DNA of 64,000 nt from Aquificota bacterium (GTDB lineage Bacteria; Thermosulfidibacterota; Thermosulfidibacteria; Thermosulfidibacterales; B14-G1): positions 30,934-94,933 of the forward strand of contig WFSL01000036.1 of the NCBI GenBank assembly GCA_015486015.1, read 5' to 3'. Positions 59,589 through 64,000 of this stretch are shown here, one piece after another. Under the pieces are notes generated by a model. It was given only the letters and a program-made list of their open reading frames with translations. It was not told where the DNA came from and ran no database searches. How positions within the stretch are numbered: position 1 is the first letter of the stretch; the number at the start of each line of letters is the position of its first letter. Made by a program: the position numbers and the translations under genes.

Positions 59589-60080
59589 TTGTCCAAAAGG
59601 GACCTGCAAAAAGCCAGGCAGTGGGAAGAATCCCAACAAAAGGGGGCATCGAGACCGTCGAAATTGAGCCATGGAAATCCCTTTGTGTTACCTGTTCCCG
59701 TAGTGGCTGCTGTGATCCTCTTTAATGGCCGCATCCTCTTACATCAAAGGAAAAAGGGAGACGCCTTGGAGGGGACCTGGGAGTTTCCAGGGGGCAAGGT
59801 GGAAAAAGGCGAAACCCCCGAAGGCGCTCTGAAGAGAGAGATCAAAGAGGAGATCGGGCTGGAGATAGCGGTAATGGAAAGGATGGGTGAGGTGGTTCAC
59901 AGGTATCCTCACATTTACATACGCCTCACAGCCTATAAAGCCATACCAAAGGGCGTAGTGCTTAACAGCACGGAGGGCATATGCCACTGGGTCCACCCCA
60001 GGGAAGTGGAAAACTACCCCCTCTCCCCTGCTGACAGGAGGCTTTGGAGGCAGATAAGGGATGCCTTGGACTCAAAATAA
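59589..60080 (+). CDS. NUDIX hydrolase (MutT-like 8-oxo-dGTP diphosphatase)
   Basis: The Nudix box reads GGKVEKGETPEGALKREIKEEIGLEI. A TTG start is used in the track, and about 35 aa of N-terminal extension are uncertain. Confidence 0.8.
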   Translation: MSKRDLQKARQWEESQQKGASRPSKLSHGNPFVLPVPVVAAVILFNGRILLHQRKKGDALEGTWEFPGGKVEKGETPEGALKREIKEEIGLEIAVMERMGEVVHRYPHIYIRLTAYKAIPKGVVLNSTEGICHWVHPREVENYPLSPADRRLWRQIRDALDSK

Positions 60081-60534
60081 AGGTCTCTATATACTGATCC
60101 TCACCCTAAGGGAAAAGGCCTTTATCCCTGTAGGCAAGCTGGGCATCATCCCATTCCCCTCCGGCACCTACTGCTACATAGGTCGGGCAAAGAGACACCT
60201 GAGGCAAAGACTGGCCCGCCACTCTATGAAAAGCAAGCCCACGAGATGGCACATAGATTATCTCCTGCCCCATGTGGAGATACAGGCCGTTATACTTTTA
60301 CCGCTAAGCAGCGCCACTGAGTGCACCTTAGCAAAGCAGTTGGTAAAGATGGGTGGTAAACCCCATCCCCTCCACTTTGGCGCCTCAGATTGCCGGTGCA
60401 CTGGGCACCTTATCTACTTCGCCCAAGAAGCTACGCCACATCTGGATCTGTTGGCTATAACAATGGGCAACACCGTGGGCTTCCTTAGAAACCACACAGA
60501 AGGCCATAAAAAGACACTCGTCGAGGAAGGCTAA
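60061..60534 (+). CDS. DUF123 / GIY-YIG-like (Uri superfamily) nuclease-domain protein
   Basis: Contains GLYILIL...GTYCYIGRA...L..RLARH....K..RWHIDYL, the pattern I associate with DUF123. It overlaps the NUDIX gene by 20 nt. Confidence 0.65.
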   Translation: MPWTQNKGLYILILTLREKAFIPVGKLGIIPFPSGTYCYIGRAKRHLRQRLARHSMKSKPTRWHIDYLLPHVEIQAVILLPLSSATECTLAKQLVKMGGKPHPLHFGASDCRCTGHLIYFAQEATPHLDLLAITMGNTVGFLRNHTEGHKKTLVEEG

Positions 60535-61073
60535 AGGATGCAGAAACCAGTAAAAAAATGCTGCTGAGGATACATGCTCATAGAATAGAGGATGAATAGT
60601 CATAATTAGCAAATCAGTTTCCGGCTGTAGAATGTACCAGGTATGCTTTCCAAAGTAAGTCAACTGCTGAGAAAAAAGGATAAATATTATCGACTTTAGC
60701 CTTGCTGAGATGGACGAAAGAGAAACGGCAGCCGGGATGATCGGAAAGCCACAAGCACAGCATATAGGTCTTACCTGTTATATGAGCAGAGGCACTCCAT
60801 CACCCCAGTGCTCCCGACGCCATCCTCAATTCTATGAAGAAGCCAACTTAAATATCTCCAACGAATATCCTTCCTTGGCATGGGAATAAAAACCTTCTTG
60901 TATCTGAAGAAAAGCTATCCAATCCCCCTCATGCTGGATTCAATATTAAAGTTTTCTTTAAGCAATCTGAGATTTCTTTGGCACCAGGGTCAAAATTTTT
61001 TGATCAAATCCTTGACTCCTTACCTTCAGATGTATATAAAAAATAAAAAAACCAGTGTAGGGGGTTGGAAATT

Positions 61074-61313
61074 ATGGAAAGGAAAAGGGGCGGAGCAAGA
61101 TTTGAAGAGGTATGTCTGAAGCTGGAGAAGAAGCACTACAGGGTCATAAATGCAGTATGTGGAGGAGACCAGAGGAAGATAGGACGAGTCATAAGAGCCC
61201 TGGTATCGGAAGCTATCAAGGGGAAACAGGTTAATGATTTAATGGAGCTGGCAGGTACAACTCCTCGCAGAAGGAGGAAGGAAGAAGCAGAGTTAGAATC
61301 TAAGGCAGAGTAA
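61074..61313 (+). CDS. Small hypothetical protein with ribbon-helix-helix-like N-terminus and basic/acidic tail
   Basis: 79 aa from ATG 61074, with TAGGGGG upstream. ARFEEVCLKLEKKHYRVINAVCGGDQRKIGRVIRALVSEAI fits a beta-alpha-alpha RHH pattern. No partner gene is adjacent. Confidence 0.35.
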   Translation: MERKRGGARFEEVCLKLEKKHYRVINAVCGGDQRKIGRVIRALVSEAIKGKQVNDLMELAGTTPRRRRKEEAELESKAE

Positions 61314-61453
61314 AGGGTCCAACACAGAGAAGGGGGCAGACCGAAAACTCTGTCCCTTTTCTATCTCCTTGAGCCAAACGGTTAAATCGCTTGAGGAATT
61401 TCGTTGAACGAGAGGGGATGCTATAGTATGCAATCTCCATCGAGGAGAAGGCA

Positions 61454-62731
61454 ATGGCCGAAGTGTTGCCCTTCAAAGGCGTTCTATATAATAGAGACAA
61501 GGTGGCCATAAAGGATGTAGTGGCACCCCCTTACGACGTAATCTCCCCCGAGGAACAAGAGAGACTCTATACCCGACATCCTTACAATATAGTAAGGCTC
61601 ATATTGAATAAGAACGGGAATGATAGATACACACGTGCCAGGGAGTATTTGCACCACTGGTTGGAACAAGGCATCTTAAAGTGGGATACTCTGGAGAGGT
61701 TCTATCTGTACAGGCAAACCTTCGTATTCTCTGGGGAAAAATACGAGAGGTGGGCTTTTCTCTGTAGGGTAAAGATTGAAGAATTTTCAAAAGGGGTGAT
61801 CCTACCTCACGAAATGACCTTATCCGCCCCTAAGGAAGACAGACTGAAGCTCATGAGAGAGTGTAAGATGCAGTTCAGTCCTGTCTTCGGATTGTTTCCA
61901 GATAGGGGTGGAGAGCTGTATAGGTTTATAAAAAGGTCTACTTTACCCGAACCTCTCTTTCAATTCACTGATGAGAAGGGAATAAGCCACACCTTTTGGC
62001 CTATGAGGTATAATGAGAGGGCCAATACCATATCCAAGGGCCTTGCAGACCGGACGATCCTCATAGCAGATGGGCATCACCGGTACGAGACGGCCCTGAT
62101 GTACAGGGACGAGTGCTCTATGTCAGATCCAGAACACCATCCCCAGAAACCATATAACTTTGTCTTCATGGCCTTGGTGAGCATGGAGGACCCTGGGCTT
62201 CTGGTACTCCCCACCCACAGGGTGATATCAGGTTTGGACCTTCCCACCACCACACTCTGGGAGAGGGCAAGGCGTTACTTCGAACGTAAAGGGGACTTTA
62301 CGACCCTAAGCAACCTGCTAAAGGCCCTTGAGAATGCACCCCATTACGCCTTTGGGCTCTATCCCCAAGGCGGCCCCTTCTCCCTCTTGGTATTGAAGAA
62401 CGATATAGACCTGGACGTTGAACTGGCATACCTTGCCCCTTCGCTAAGAGATCTGGATATAGTAATCCTGCACTCCCTGTTCATCGAAAGGGTACTGAAC
62501 ATTGCCCCGCAAGAGATTGAAAAAGAGGGGAGATTGATCTATCAAAAAGACCCAGGACAAGCCCTTAGGGATGTGCAAGAGGGGAGAGGTACGTTAGCCC
62601 TCTTCCTCAAGGCTCCAAGTATTGCCAGGATCGAGAAGGTAGCACGTGAAGGAGAGACCATGCCCCAAAAGAGTACATTCTTCTACCCCAAGCTCCTCAC
62701 CGGACTGGTGATGTATCCACTCTGGGATTGA
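61454..62731 (+). CDS. DUF1015 domain-containing protein
   Basis: 425 aa. The N-terminus reads PFKGVLYN...V.APPYDVIS, followed by IADGHHRYETA, typical of DUF1015. Confidence 0.8.
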   Translation: MAEVLPFKGVLYNRDKVAIKDVVAPPYDVISPEEQERLYTRHPYNIVRLILNKNGNDRYTRAREYLHHWLEQGILKWDTLERFYLYRQTFVFSGEKYERWAFLCRVKIEEFSKGVILPHEMTLSAPKEDRLKLMRECKMQFSPVFGLFPDRGGELYRFIKRSTLPEPLFQFTDEKGISHTFWPMRYNERANTISKGLADRTILIADGHHRYETALMYRDECSMSDPEHHPQKPYNFVFMALVSMEDPGLLVLPTHRVISGLDLPTTTLWERARRYFERKGDFTTLSNLLKALENAPHYAFGLYPQGGPFSLLVLKNDIDLDVELAYLAPSLRDLDIVILHSLFIERVLNIAPQEIEKEGRLIYQKDPGQALRDVQEGRGTLALFLKAPSIARIEKVAREGETMPQKSTFFYPKLLTGLVMYPLWD

Positions 62732-63288
62732 GGGTTACTGTGGCCTACTTCGTGGGAATAACTGGAGCAAGTGGGGTCAGGCTCGGCGTCCGGTTGGTGG
62801 AGACGCTGATACCTATTGCAGATGTCCATCTATGCATAACCCGCAGTGCCTACCAGGTAGCAATGTCCGAAGGGGTGGAGCTCTCTTTCTCGGAAGGGGT
62901 GTTCCTTTGGCCGGAAGAGGCGCTGGATGCACCTGTGAGTTCAGGTTCATTCAGATTGAAGGGATGCGCCATCGTCCCCTGCTCCATGGGAACCATGGGA
63001 AGAATGGCCAGCGGGGTCTCCTCCAACCTTGTAGAGAGGGCCGCCGATGTAGCCCTTAAGGAGAGATGGCCCCTGATCTTGGTCCCAAGAGAGACCCCCC
63101 TCAACGCCATTCACCTGAAGAATATGCTGAGTCTGTGTCAGGCAGGGGCCGTGATACTTCCACCTGTCTTGACCTACTACCATTCTCCAAAGATGATAGA
63201 AGAGATGGAGAATTTTATACTGGGCAAGATTCTGGATCACTTAGGCGTGGAACATGCCCTCTTCAGGAGGTGGAAGGGTGGGGATTAA
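62728..63288 (+). CDS. ubiX: Flavin prenyltransferase UbiX
   Basis: Contains GITGASG, PCSMGT and [12 protein letters not shown]. The start is either TTG 62728 (overlapping the upstream stop) or GTG 62740. Confidence 0.85.
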   Translation: MRVTVAYFVGITGASGVRLGVRLVETLIPIADVHLCITRSAYQVAMSEGVELSFSEGVFLWPEEALDAPVSSGSFRLKGCAIVPCSMGTMGRMASGVSSNLVERAADVALKERWPLILVPRETPLNAIHLKNMLSLCQAGAVILPPVLTYYHSPKMIEEMENFILGKILDHLGVEHALFRRWKGGD

Positions 63289-64000
63289 GGGTAACAGGAT
63301 CACCTTAGGGGTGGCAGGAGGAATAGCCGCTTATAAGGCTGCAGAGCTTGTGCGGCTAATGGTAAAAAGGGGATTCGAGGTGAGGGTAATCATGACCACC
63401 AACGCCACCCGTTTTGTAACCCCTATCACATTCCAGACCCTTTCCCAACAGTGGGTGCGAACCGATACCTTTGAAAGTCACCATCCCCAAAGGGTAGAGC
63501 ACGTAGCATTGGCCCAAGAGACAGACATATTTGCCGTTGCCCCTGCAACGGCAAATATCCTGGCAAAAATGGCCCATGGAATCGCCGACGACATGCTCTC
63601 CACATTCTACCTCGCATACAGCGGGATAACCATCGTGGCACCCGCCATGAATACCCAGATGTACCTCCACCCTGCCACCCAGGAGAACCTGAGGACATTA
63701 GCTGAGAGGGGGGTGGTAGTAGTGGACCCCCAGGAAGGGGAGTTGGCCTGCGGAGAGACAGGACCGGGACGTTTCCCAGAACCCGCCTATATCATGGAGA
63801 GGATTATGGATCTCGCATACGAGAAGGATTTAGAGGGCAAAACCTTCCTTGTGACCGCGGGACCGACCAGGGAGTTCTTCGATGCCATCCGGTTCGTAAG
63901 CAACCCCTCCACAGGAAAGATGGGCTTTGCCATAGCGAGAGAGGCAAGAATGAGGGGTGCACGTGTATACCTAATCTCTGGTCCAACCCACCTCACCCCC
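63278..64000 (+). CDS. coaBC: Bifunctional phosphopantothenoylcysteine decarboxylase / phosphopantothenate--cysteine ligase, 3'-truncated by window edge
   Basis: Absent from the ORF track because no stop falls in the window. The frame opens after TAG at 63242-63244. GTG 63278 follows AGGAGG. Translation reads [21 protein letters not shown]...[21 protein letters not shown]...PAMNTQM...LVTAGPTRE. Confidence 0.9.
   Translation, partial: MGIKGNRITLGVAGGIAAYKAAELVRLMVKRGFEVRVIMTTNATRFVTPITFQTLSQQWVRTDTFESHHPQRVEHVALAQETDIFAVAPATANILAKMAHGIADDMLSTFYLAYSGITIVAPAMNTQMYLHPATQENLRTLAERGVVVVDPQEGELACGETGPGRFPEPAYIMERIMDLAYEKDLEGKTFLVTAGPTREFFDAIRFVSNPSTGKMGFAIAREARMRGARVYLISGPTHLTP

Overview
This is a 64 kb bacterial chromosomal segment, and all calls come from reading the supplied translations and the DNA by eye, with no database search. 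Gene content suggests a (thermophilic?) anaerobe, since it includes an archaeal-type ApgM, HdrD-like Fe-S proteins and a small ferredoxin. Background GC is about 50% by hand counts.

Most of the window is housekeeping:
- **Central metabolism and cofactors:** purC (5' partial), eno, mce, split heptose-nucleotide genes, cobB, queF, hemA-hemC preceded by a ccsA/hemX-like gene, ribF, cfa, ubiX and coaBC (3' partial).
- **Translation, RNA and envelope:** trmB-like, ftsY, truA, ogt, sppA, slyD, kup, an amidase, and a truncated dcw block (rsmH-murE-murF-mraY-murD).
- **RNA genes:** a tmRNA at 17503-17858 and an initiator tRNA-Met at 18080-18156.

No CRISPR array, transposase, integrase or rRNA was recognised.

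The most unusual content is an 8-gene co-directional cluster at 23.4-33.6 kb. It encodes an Fe-S protein, an FAD oxidase, a second Fe-S protein, an acyl-CoA dehydrogenase, an HMG-CoA-synthase-like::DUF35 fusion, an SCP-x-type thiolase and two family III CoA-transferases.
- The HMGCS-like domain appears to have lost its catalytic Glu/Cys/His.
- The second transferase appears to lack the catalytic Asp.
- Base composition switches from about 30% GC (genes 1-3) to about 65% GC (genes 4-8).
- The cluster is followed by an acyl-CoA synthetase remnant and decayed coding fragments.

Other points worth a second look:
- an orphan type IV pilin next to a low-GC polytopic-membrane + TPR (TMTC/GT-C-like) protein
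- FtsY with a roughly 415-aa helical-repeat N-terminus
- a doubly frameshifted yjbQ-family gene
- an unannotated 34-codon membrane micro-ORF coupled to a LOG-family operon
- an AT-rich 0.5 kb gap with a small RHH-like ORF
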